Origin: Giardia intestinalis
Taxonomy: Eukaryota
NCBI GenBank assembly: GCA_000002435.2
Contig: CM018793.1
Reading direction: 5' to 3' (one strand)
DNA: 64,000 nucleotides
The translations under genes and the position numbers were made by a program. Shown piece after piece: positions 42,559-52,817 of this stretch. Each line of letters starts with the position of its first letter. The first letter of the stretch is position 1. A model generated the notes under the pieces. That model saw nothing but the letters and a program-made list of their open reading frames with translations, ran no database searches and had not been told where the DNA came from.

Positions 42559-43784
42559 GCAGTTGCTAATAATGATACTGATGCTGTTTTTTCGTTAAGG
42601 AAAGCACACGCTAAACGCCGTAATGATAAGGGGTACACAGCACTTATGCTTGCGCTCCGCAAAAGCTACTACGACATTGCAATGATCCTGGCACGGCATG
42701 AACACGGAGTCCAGGATTCTCTCCAGAAGACCGCTCTTATGTACTGCATTGACCGCCAGTCACTGCGTCTCATTGATGTCCTCGGACCTTATGAGAAGGG
42801 TCTTGCCGACTTCAAAGGAAAGACTGCCCTCTATCATGCATATGAGAACAAGAACCTAAATGTTATGGAAAGGCTCTGTAAGTACGAAGCTGACCTACCA
42901 ATACCTATTCTCGAGGGATCTGTAACAGGTAGAACTCTCTTGATGTTGGCTGCGCGGGAAGGAGACTGTGCGTGATTAAAGATTCTGATACCGTACCAGG
43001 CCGGAAGACGCGATAGTATGAGCTGGTGCGCTTCACGCTACGCCATAGAGATGGGTCGAGTTGCGTGCTTGAAGCTGCTTATCACACATGAAAAGTGCCT
43101 GCTGGGGGAAGATGGTTTTACGTAGCTGATGATAGCCGTAGCAATGCGCTCTGCAGAGCCACTGGTGCAATACAAGGATAGCATCCGCCGGCGTACAAAC
43201 GATGGACGCACAGCCCTGATGATCGCTGTGTATAGCAATAACATCCCAGCAATCAAGCACTTGATCGCCAGTGAGAAGGGGATGCGGAGACCGGACGATC
43301 GAACTGCGCTCATGATTGCTGCGGAGAAGGATAGTGCAGAGGCATGCCGGCTCCTGGCGCCTCATGAGTCGGGGATACGCATATCCAGCAATATACACCT
43401 GAGCAACAAGCAAGAGATCGGAAAGCCAGTAGCACTGATGCTGGCAATCGTCGCGAAAAGCGTACGATGCCTGAAGTGGCTGGGCGAGTATGAAAAAAAG
43501 ATGACAGAGATCAAGCAGCAGATGACGTCTCTCATGATTGCAGCGCAGGTGGGGCACGTCGAGGCAGTTCAAGTTTTACGAAGTGCCGAGGCGGGCGAGC
43601 AGGACTCTTAGGCTGGACAGCGCTAATGCACGCTGCGGCGTGGGATCATCCAAACATAGTCAAGTATCTCGTCCCCTACGAGCTGGGCTTGGTTGATGAG
43701 AATGACCAATCGGCTCTCGATCTTGCGGTGAAGTACGGACAACTGTCGTGCATAAGGATCCTAGCTCCAGCTTGTGCCCCATAG
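42559..43784 (+). pseudogene. Ankyrin-repeat (Protein 21.1-like) pseudogene: no start codon, in-frame TGA (42973-42975) and TAG (43123-43125), and a -1 frameshift near 43609-43612
   Basis: One frame encodes contiguous ankyrin units: DKGYTALMLA, KTALMYCI, GKTALYHA, GRTLLMLAAREG, stop, LIPYQAG…, stop, LMIAVAMR…GRTALMIAV…DRTALMIAA…MTSLMIAAQVGH. After a 1-nt slip it continues GWTALMHAAAWDH…LVPYELG…SALDLAVKYG. The frame opens directly after a TAA at 42556-42558 with no ATG. Confidence 0.6.
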
Positions 43785-44212
43785 TTCGGAGAGGCAGCAC
43801 TACAGAAGCTAGCCGCAGGCTCTACGGCGCCGGCGGCTCTCCGACCTGAAATCCAATCTGAGATATGTCGCTATCTTGGCCTTGGTAGAGTTAAGTAGGC
43901 CACCCTTCATTTAGTACGGGGCTGTTATTAGTTAACGCCGAAGCAGAGATCCGCGCATGGAGACATCAGCTATGCTTCATATGCTCTCCGTCGACCACAT
44001 TATGCACGCGCTTGTAAGTAGGCCGGTACGTTTCAGGGTTGTGCTTTTATTTTGACAAACTTATTGACTGGAAGAATGTAAGACTCGGCTACGTTTTGGG
44101 TAAACAACAAGTACAACCACTTTAGTGGTGGCTCCCTGGAGACCACGCGTAGTAACCAACGATAGATTACAGGGAAATTATCACGTTGCTACTTGCTGAA
44201 AATTGCAATAAA

Positions 44213-46084
44213 ATGTTGATGTCTATGTCAGTCGTGCTTCTTCTGGTGCGGTCTTCTACATCTGCCAGTTGTGATGTTGACTACTGCACCGAGTGCGTCC
44301 CAGACTACCCCGATAACTGCATGATATGCCAGGATGACTATAAGCTAGACGTGGAAACGGGCAAGTGCGTTCCATGCCCAAAGGGTACATGGGGTCCCAG
44401 GTGTTCCACACGCAAGTGCTGGCTTACCACACGTGTCAATTGTCTAGAATGTAGTAGCACAGACCGGTGCTGGACTTGTGAAGACGGGTACTATGTGACG
44501 TGGTATGGGGGCTGTGGTGCGTGTGCAGAAGGCACCGGAGGCTATGAGTGTCAGGACCTCATCTGTAATGGGGTTGCACTAACGAATTGTAAGACTTGTG
44601 ATACTGCAACAGAGGGGACCTGTGCAGTTTGCAAGGATTCTTACAAGCTGATTCCAGAGACCAATAAGTGCGAAGCGTGCCCCGATGGCCGAATCGGACC
44701 AGAGTGCATTTCGATGAGGTGTCTGGCCACAACCAGAGACTATTGCCTCGAGTGTCTTTCTGGGACGAATCGTTGCAGCCGGTGTTACGACGACTTTCAT
44801 CCTAATGAGCTTGGAAAGTGTGTTCAATGTCAAGGGAATACCGGTGGCTACAATTGCGAGAAGACTAAATGCAATGGAAAGATATCCGAGAATTGTGCGA
44901 CTTGCTACTCAGCTGAAGATGCAATCTTGGAGCCAGGGGCATGCAAAGTTTGCAAAGATGGGTACTACAAGGAGTCTAGTAACTCCATTACTTGTACACC
45001 GTGTCCAGACAATAGATTGAGTGATGGGATTACATGCAATGCGGTGTTGTGTTCTGGGACCCGCTACGATAACTGCCATACGTGTACAGAAGGCGAACCA
45101 ACGTGCCAGCTCTGCATTGATGGTTATGGTCCCAATGAGACGGGCTCTTGCACGCCGTGCCCTGATGGCAAAGGCGGGCCAAACTGTGTGGGGACAAAGT
45201 GCACAGCTGATCAACTGGCCCTTGTTGACGACTGTAGATTCTGTGGAGATGATGGAGCGTGCGTTCAGTGTGCTGCAGGCTTTATGCTCGATAATAAGGA
45301 GTGCGTTCCTGTCAATGGATGCCAGAGCCCCAACTGCAGAAGCTGCACCGTCACAGAGAGAACAGAGACTTGCAAGCGTTGCCAAAAGGGATATTATGTT
45401 GTTGGGGGCAGGTGTGCACGTTGTGTCGGGAACTGCCTCGACTGTAAGAGCGCAAGCATCTGTGTTGCGTGCGAGGACGGTTATACGTTGACGGTCGACG
45501 TTTGCGTATTGAATTCCCCAGACGTAGACGTGGACTCCTGCAGCATCTCAAACTGCCTGGTGTGCCTGGCCAACAACCGAGACGTTTGTGCCACGTGTTC
45601 TAGCGGCTATCTATGGAATGCAAATGAAAAGGCCTGTGTTGTAGCTTGCCCAGATACTAACTGTATTGATTGCAATCAATCCACTGGTGAGTGCAGCGCC
45701 TGTGGCGTTGGATATGGAATGCAGGGGGCTCTCTGCTATCCTTGTACAATTAGTGATTGCTCTAGTTGCAGCTTTCGCACAGATTCTACATCAGGAGAGA
45801 GCACCGAAGTATGCGTACGGTGCTCTTCTGGAGAACTGACCACTGATGGGCAATGTAAGGAGATTGTGCGAATGAGTAAGAAGACGATTTTCGCTTCATC
45901 CGTTGGGATCGTTGTCCTAGTTCTCCTAGTGTGTATTGGTGTTGGACTCTTCTTCGTTTTTCGACGTAAGCCAGCTCAACAACTCGATGTTACTTCAGAA
46001 ACTCGTCTTATGAACTCTCAGAAAAATATGGAACCGACCTCTGTTGACACCAACCCCGAATGTGTGGAGTATGAAACTGACTAG
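44213..46084 (+). CDS. High-cysteine membrane protein, CXXC/VSP-like type (623 aa), with signal peptide and C-terminal TM anchor
   Basis: First ATG at 44213 (aaaattgcaataaaATG; track start 44186 is TTG). Signal peptide MLMSMSVVLLLV. More than 25 CxxC pairs. TM segment IFASSVGIVVLVLLVCIGVGLFFVF followed by a cytoplasmic tail that is not CRGKA. Confidence 0.8.
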   Translation: MLMSMSVVLLLVRSSTSASCDVDYCTECVPDYPDNCMICQDDYKLDVETGKCVPCPKGTWGPRCSTRKCWLTTRVNCLECSSTDRCWTCEDGYYVTWYGGCGACAEGTGGYECQDLICNGVALTNCKTCDTATEGTCAVCKDSYKLIPETNKCEACPDGRIGPECISMRCLATTRDYCLECLSGTNRCSRCYDDFHPNELGKCVQCQGNTGGYNCEKTKCNGKISENCATCYSAEDAILEPGACKVCKDGYYKESSNSITCTPCPDNRLSDGITCNAVLCSGTRYDNCHTCTEGEPTCQLCIDGYGPNETGSCTPCPDGKGGPNCVGTKCTADQLALVDDCRFCGDDGACVQCAAGFMLDNKECVPVNGCQSPNCRSCTVTERTETCKRCQKGYYVVGGRCARCVGNCLDCKSASICVACEDGYTLTVDVCVLNSPDVDVDSCSISNCLVCLANNRDVCATCSSGYLWNANEKACVVACPDTNCIDCNQSTGECSACGVGYGMQGALCYPCTISDCSSCSFRTDSTSGESTEVCVRCSSGELTTDGQCKEIVRMSKKTIFASSVGIVVLVLLVCIGVGLFFVFRRKPAQQLDVTSETRLMNSQKNMEPTSVDTNPECVEYETD

Positions 46085-47175
46085 TTATTTATCATAGCAT
46101 AATCTGCATTGATAATCTCGCAGTATGTGCTAGTAAATGTTTTCTTGAATCAAGAAGATGCAGCGCCATTCTAGGTAGGTGTGTCTCTTGCTCGTTCATC
46201 AACGGGGATCCAAATCTAGAGTCTGAAATTTGAAAATCAGATGTCGTCCACTCCTGGTAGAAGAGCCTTGTGCTTTCTCCAAGGCAATAGAGGGCCTGAA
46301 ACTGGTGATGGATGCGCCGATCACTCGCCGCACTAGGCCAACGCTGGCCAGGATCATCGCCCGCTAGTCGAGATGGACCCACACGTGACCTATGTGAATC
46401 CCTCGGCAAGAGATGGGAGCCCTGGAGTGCTTGGCTGACAGAGGCGGATTGATCCTGACCGTACCGAAGAGTGGTGGTCTGGGCCACCTGCCTGGGGTCT
46501 GCTGCAGCAGCTGGCAGTGCCTGACACCCTCGAGTAGACGGGCGCCGGTTGTAGAGAGAGACGACCTCGATGAACTGGTCCTGATCGCTTCTGATGCTTC
46601 GGATGACACCCTTCAGAGAGGTGGCCCTGGACCGACGCCTCGACAGACCGAATCATTCCCCCAGGTGTGCTGTGCAGTGCAGATGGACCAGCCCACACGT
46701 CACTGAGCCAAACACGCTGCACAAGGTGAGCGTCGACACGGTCTCGTGCTGGGTGACGGAGCACCTGCAAGAGCGCACCGCAATCCATGAATAGGAGGGC
46801 CATACTTCTCCCCCGACACAACGCATGGGAGCTGTCCACTGGCATCCACGAACGCGTACTATGACTCCAAGATAGAGGTGCATGGGGAGCGCACCCTTGA
46901 TAATGGAACAGATAGTGCCCTCCACGAGGAGACGAAGAGGCACCCCGAGGAACGGGGTGGACACCCGGGGTCGTGGGGCGCGATCTTCGTCACGGAAGAC
47001 CAGAGCCCTGGATTCTGTGGGGGCCAGATCGCAGTGACCGACGCAAGGCCCGAGACAGCAGGTGCCCACTCAAGCGTCAGACAGTAGTTGGCCAAGGGAA
47101 GGGAGGAATCCTCAAAAAGCACCGCGAAGAACAGTAGCAGCTCCCGGAGGGATGAACATAAAGTTCTTCTTTTCT

Positions 47176-49770
47176 TTAGGATTGGATGGCATCCGAATTT
47201 CGGATTTTGGACTTTGCCCAAGAGTAAGTGAGAAGCCCATCTGCCCAGAGCAATGGTGGTTTGCAGGGATATTTACTCAGACAACAACTAGCAAGTTGAC
47301 TTTGGTAAAAAAGAGTATGTCTTCTGTTATTTTCTGCTGCCAACATGAGAGCAGTCTCACCATCATCATTCTTCTTGTCTTTATCAGAAAGGTTCTTCTT
47401 AACTCTTTCAGTATCGCCGGCGAAGGAAGCGCACATGACTGGGGTCTAGGATGAGGCCCCGTGTTTGTGGAGAAGCAGAGCTATGCTTGTGTGCTTGTTC
47501 TTAAGATCATGCATGAACACCGTGTTTCCAGCCTTGTCCTTCATTCCATTATGAGCTGGTATAAGCAGCTCTACTAGCTTTGCGCCCCCCTAATAACAGC
47601 CCGCATAAGTGCTGTCATACCATCATCATCTGTTGGGTCCTCATAAGATATAAGCATCTCAGCAACTTCTAGATGTCCATTTTTAAGAGAATAGTACAGA
47701 GCATTGTGATTTTTCCTATCCTTCAGTTCCTTCTGGCTTGGTATCAGCAGTCTCACAGAGTTTATGTCACCTTTCATAGCCACTTTCATAAGTGAAGTAA
47801 CACCATTGTCATCTAGCATTTTTGTTAGAAAGACCATCTGTATGAAAGGAGCATCAAAATTCTCATTGTTGCAAACTGTGTCCCAAATTTTCCTATAGAA
47901 TTCAGCAGAATCAGCAAGGGTGAGGAACAAGCGTTCACTCGAAGCAAGTTGATTGATGACTTCGGCAACAAGTGTCTGTATGTCTCTGCGGATACCTTCT
48001 ATTTGTTGTTTGTAAAGGTCCGATTCATCCTGGTTACCATTCTTGTCCTCACAGGACGTGTCCCGAATGAACCAGAAGCTGAAGTCGATGTAACGACGGA
48101 AGCTATTACGCAATTTGGAAGGGACTGAGTTCTCATATATTCCTTTGATATCATTGTTAAGTGCTTCCTTCATGTGATCTTCTCCCTTTCCATTACACCG
48201 ATGGATATCGATGAACAGCCTAAGTTTGTGATATATATTTTGACGTCGTTGCGGGGCTGGAAGTAGACTGAGAAGATCGATTTGAGGAGATTGGCGCAGA
48301 ATCCTTCTACACGACTAACATCTGTCTGCAAAATATGAACAATAAGAATGTCGGCAATGGCAGATGCGAAAGCGCCTATACAGCGTTCAATATTCTGATC
48401 ATTTTCTGTGGCACGCTCTTTGCTCTCGGACCCCTTACAATAGAGTAGTAGTATGGTCGGATAGGATCCTGCACCTGGGATGAATCCCGCTGTAAGCCCC
48501 TTGGTCGTCTTTTGTCAGTCGTCATCTTCATCCAACGCCTTGAGGCATGTTCCAAAGAGGTCGTTGAAGAGGGTTGACCTGCTATATGACTGGTCAAGAA
48601 TAACGACACGCGCATAATGAAGGGAGTCAGAGCTGGGATGCTCCGCGCAAGAGCCATATACTTCTTGCTGTATGCGCCCCCGTCTGTAACAAAAGGAGCC
48701 TCTATTCTTCAATGAATAGGGTCGATACCACTGTCTTCCTCAGTAAGGTGTTCTTCAGCAGCTTCAACACTTGTACCACTGAAAGGATATACAAGCGGGG
48801 GCTTAGACATGTTCATGGACGTAGAAGAAGTTAAAGAAACCGTAACATTTGTCGGAGTGGAGCGTTCTGCAAGATGTTCGGATTCCTTATGTTGATCCTC
48901 CGCTTTAATTGCAGGGCTATTGAGTGTTTGGAAAAAGCCAATGATCTTTCTGGTCGTGGGCTGCTCTGCCGGGTCCAGGATAATATCTTCTCGATGACAG
49001 TTCTTACAAATTCATCTGTGATGGCGCCCAAATCAGGCCTCCACTCATTGTCAAAGACTGCTTTCGCATCCTCTGGCTCCCAAAGTGTGAGAAGCTCGGC
49101 AAGCTCATACATGACGACTCCGGAGGCTCAGATATCCGAAGCGGTGCTCGTCTCGTATGAAGGTCTCGGGGGCTATGTATGCCGACGTTCCTGCAAAGGT
49201 GCCTCCACTATGCAGAGAGTCCTTGCAGAGCCCAAAGTCTGCGAGCACGATGCGCTAGCCGTCCCTATTCATCAGAGTTGGCGGGCCCGAGGTCCCCGTA
49301 GACGAGGCTGTAAGATAAGCTCCCGTCTTCGGCCACCTTGCGAGGGTTGTGGAGGTAGGCGAGGGCGTCAGCCATCTGCTCTAGGAGAGGGAACATCAGC
49401 CCCTTGGGACTGGGTTTACGAGCTGCCCTGTAGGCAGTGATAAATTTCTGGAGATCCCCGTGGTGGCGGTCCATGATGACAAAGATGGGTCGTTGCTCCT
49501 GATCACCTGGTGATACTTGATGACGCCGGGCTGGGAGAGTCTCGTAACAGTTTTCAGTTCGCACTCTGTGAGCTTCTTCTCACTACGCTTGATCATCCTC
49601 TCCTTCACAGAAAGGCCTGGACACCCATCGATGGCGCGAACGGCACCGAAGCCCCCTTTACCTAGCAGCTCGCCTTCGCGCTGATACAGCCCTTCGGGAC
49701 TGAACATGGGGATGCTATCGAGGCCACTGCCAGCGCTCTCTGCAGCACGAGTGGGACTTTCACTGACCAT
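47176..49770 (-). pseudogene. Decayed NEK-type kinase with ankyrin-repeat tail: at least three frameshifts and an in-frame TAG; degenerate catalytic loop
   Basis: Colinear pieces in different frames. Glycine loop GELLGKGGFGAV…VKE (49396..49770). IFVIMDRHHGDLQKFI…LAYLH…VYGDLGPAN (49265..49564). A +1 slip gives LMNRDG-TAG-RIVLADFGLCK. Then APE-like C-lobe (48831..49112). Ankyrin units follow (47574..48173, NGVTSLMKVAMKGD…GMTALMRAV). Beyond that stop come more out-of-frame ankyrin relics down to 47176 (GNTVFMHDL, DDGETALMLAAENN). Confidence 0.6.
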
Positions 49771-50499
49771 GTCATGCGCAATTAGATTCACGCTTTCTAT
49801 TACGCCAAACTAACAATTACTGTACTGGGTCCAATTTTCGCAGAATCTGTGGGTAGATAACAATCATGGATTCGGTGAGCCTCAGCCTTGCTACCTCCTG
49901 GTCGAACGCTTTTCCTCGCGCATCATTACCCAATCCCAATCAGCACAGAAGCCTCTGAAGTCGTGGGATTGCAACCAAAGCGCCCTTAGTGAGACAGATC
50001 TTACGAATTGACCCCTTCTGTCCATCAATCTGAGTGCACGGAGCCATCTTGTGCCAGTGTGAGCTCCTGTGCAGCAAAATAGGTACTGTGCTGCTGGAGC
50101 CTCGCCTCACGCGGTCCAGAAGTCTCACGAGTAAATTCTCGCTCAATTCCTGGCCAATCCGGAGACGAGGGCTGGTTGTAGACAACATACTAGAGGGTCC
50201 CCTCTATTAGTGTATCTAAAACCTGGCACCTTCCCCGGTCGCTCTGTGGGTGTGTGCTCAGACTATGTGTGGGCGTCGCTCAGCCTTGGATTCAGCTTAC
50301 TCACCAGCACATGTAGTCTATGAGTAGTGCCTCGCTTCATGGTCTTTCTTCATGGTGGATGATAGATATGGGTTGCTACTATCTTTTTAACAATGCTTTC
50401 ACTTGTCTCGACGACAGCAGCTATTAGGTCTCTGGCTCGCTATAAGGGGCATCGTTATTTGTTCTCGGTCGCTGCTTCCCCTGTGAGTAAGCAGATCTT

Positions 50500-50700
50500 C
50501 TCTCGCCACCTCTCCAGCTCCACTGGCTGGGCCCCTCGATGTCCGTCTGGCTGTGGTTCTGGGTCAGCGCTCTACAGTCGCGGTCACCTGGATCTCATGG
50601 CGGGCCGGCTGGTGGGTGAGGCAGGGTTGGTGGGGCGGTGAGGCCGGAGGGGCTCCTGGTGGGGACCGGGTGGGGCGGTGTTCGTATGTGCCCTGGATCC
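50500..50700. repeat. Left arm of a diverged inverted repeat (partner at 52300..52470)
   Basis: About 160 bp at roughly 85% identity to the reverse complement of 52300..52465. Both arms give ORFs ending …TGWAPRCPSGC…GRLVGEAGLVGR on opposite strands. Similarity decays but persists some tens of bp into the interior. Confidence 0.6.
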
Positions 50701-52299
50701 GGTGGACTGGGGTGATCATAGCTGTGGTGACTGGGGGCTATCCATCTGTGACTCACCCCTCTGTGGGCTCGTGGTCTGTGAGTGCCTCCACCCAGACAAC
50801 GCCTCAGGAGCCGTGCACACCGGGACAGAGAGGATGACCAAGGGAGTCAGGCAGCCCTACCATGAGGGTGCACAGCAGCCAGCCTGAGCTGTAGGGTCTG
50901 CTCGAGCGATGTAGTGGCAGACGACTCCCTCTGACAGCAGCCCTGGTGACTGCACTGGTCTGCTCTCGAGACTGAGTGACAGTGCACACAGATGGACCTG
51001 AGTGCAGGAGGACCATCCACACACGGACAGACTGTGTGGACCCAGAGAGGACTGGAGTCTGCTCGGGACACGCTGACTGTGCCCCGTACGAGAGCCCCAG
51101 GCAACCACCCGAGCACCCGAGAGGCAGTGACAGACACGGGCACCAGAGATCCCCGGCCAGACACATTACTGTGCTCATCCACAGGGGCATCAGAGGGCCA
51201 GGTGAAGTCACCCTCACAACCAAGGGCCTGATAGGAAGCCAGAGGACTCAAACACTACAGCACAGCAGGCCCAAGGGAGGCACACTCCAGGCAGGTGAGC
51301 AGTGGCAGAGCCCTGACAGCTGCCAGCCCCCCATGACACCCAGGCAGGCACGACTCGCCGAAGACTCCGCTGGCCTCCATCGATGACCCAGGGGGCAGCA
51401 GCCAGAGGAGTGAGGAGGCCTTCGGATGACACAAGAGGCCCGGCTGTCCAGCAGGCGATGGAGCACAGGTGGTCTCTGAGTACCACCCAGGCACAGGACT
51501 GACCATCAGAGTGATGCCCGATCACAGAGACGACCACGAGCACCCTCCACTGCACTCTGAGGGGCTGTCAATCATCCCACTGCCTCTCATAGCAGACCTC
51601 CTTGGGGGCAGTGCAGTGGGTGACCCGGCTCGTGCAGGAGGGTGCACACCCCTCAGTATAGGGTGCCCCGGCTCTCCCCGAGGGGCCATCAGAGCCACGA
51701 GGATGGGTCAAGGTCCTGATAGATCACATCGGGAGCTCCCGAGGGCACAGCAGGTGATGTTGGGTGACCCTCAGCGTACTCCTCTCTGATGGTAGAGCAT
51801 CCTGAGACCAAGGAGGACTCACCCCTGCCTATGAACAACACACAGCGCTCCACAACAAGGATCTACCAGGAGCAGCACAGCTGGCCACGGGGACAGTGCA
51901 GCCACCAGTGCCCCACCGTGCCAGTCTTCTGGGCCATCACACTAGAGGCATGACAGAACCCCATCCCATCCACAGGGTTGTCCATACCCCTGCTGGCCCG
52001 AGGTGAACTACCGTCGAGGCACTGGACAGGGCATGCCAGGAGGCTCAGCAGACCCGCACAGAGCATCAAGATGGGCTGCGATGGTCTGCCTCACCCCTCA
52101 CGCACCAGCCAGACAGAGCAGCAGTACTACTTGAGACATGCAGGGGCCAAGGGAGGCACTCAGTCAAGGGACACGACACGATCGTCGGTGCCTCTGTCTC
52201 GGGAGTGCAACGAAGGCTGGAGATCAGACACAACCACCTTGGCAAACAGAGTGGGGATCACCCACCACCTCAATGGTCCACCGGACCCAGGGGCACATA

Positions 52300-52470
52300 G
52301 AGACACCGCCCCCGGTCCCCTCCGGCCTCACCGCCCCACCAACCCCGCCTCACCCACCAGCCGGCCCACTGTGAGACCTAGGTGACTGGACTGTGGGAGC
52401 GTTGCCCGGGACACAGCCGGACGGACACCGAGGGGCCCAGCCAGTGAGAGAGCCTGGTGGCAGCCCCCGA
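52300..52470. repeat. Right arm of the inverted repeat (partner at 50500..50700)
   Basis: See left arm. The arms face each other across about 1.6 kb of GC-rich sequence with no recognisable coding content. Confidence 0.6.
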
Positions 52471-52798
52471 CAGACGGGGCATCTAAAAAAGACAGCGACC
52501 CGAGCTTCACCCACCAGGACGGCAGACCAAGGAGAGGCGCCACGGGTAGAGCAGAGAGTCTGCGAAAAGGCCAGGGCCCTGGACGCGCACACTCAAATCG
52601 AGTACATGCCCGCGAAGTGGCAGAGGGGCGCACCAAGCTCTGGATGCGCTAATAGAGAGGAATCCCTAGCATGTTATCCACAACCAGCCCTCGTCTCCAG
52701 ACGGCCAGGACATGGGTGAGGCTTACCCGTGGGACGTCTGGACGCACCAGCAGCCGGGGCCTAGTAGCATAATCTACATAATCCATATACAGCAACGC

Positions 52799-52805
52799 GT
52801 TTACT
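52799..52805 (-). promoter_or_regulatory. AGTAAAC polyadenylation signal (Giardia AGTRAAY consensus) 13 nt downstream of the VSP stop codon
   Basis: The minus strand reads TAG-ATGTACTTAGGT-AGTAAAC. An equivalent AGTAAAT follows the MFS transporter stop at 13677. Confidence 0.6.
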
Positions 52806-52817
52806 ACCTAAGTACAT

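Noticed and set aside
42973-43125. Possibility that in-frame TAG/TGA codons (ankyrin relic, dynein piece, NEK relic) reflect stop-codon reassignment as in Hexamitinae
   Set aside because: Intact genes in the same window terminate with TAA, TAG and TGA in the expected places. The stop-containing loci also carry frameshifts and lack start codons. Decay explains them better than recoding.
43033-43572. 179-aa minus-strand ORF antisense to the ankyrin pseudogene, and similar antisense ORFs (3010..3366, 16587..16913, 35162..35635)
   Set aside because: No features or homology. They lie opposite well-supported sense frames.
44186-44212. Track ORF starts that are not ATG: TTG at 44186, 41831 and 40178; GTG at 63911, 27913 and 49791
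   Set aside because: The ORF track evidently allows GTG and TTG initiators. Giardia genes start at ATG with an A-rich lead, so coordinates were moved to the first in-frame ATG, or the ORF was treated as internal to a longer open frame.
46090-52800. Considered whether the GC-rich tract is an rDNA unit (Giardia rRNA is ~75% GC)
   Set aside because: No recognisable universally conserved SSU or LSU rRNA stretches. GC is nearer 60% and patchy, and the content looks like decayed unique sequence.
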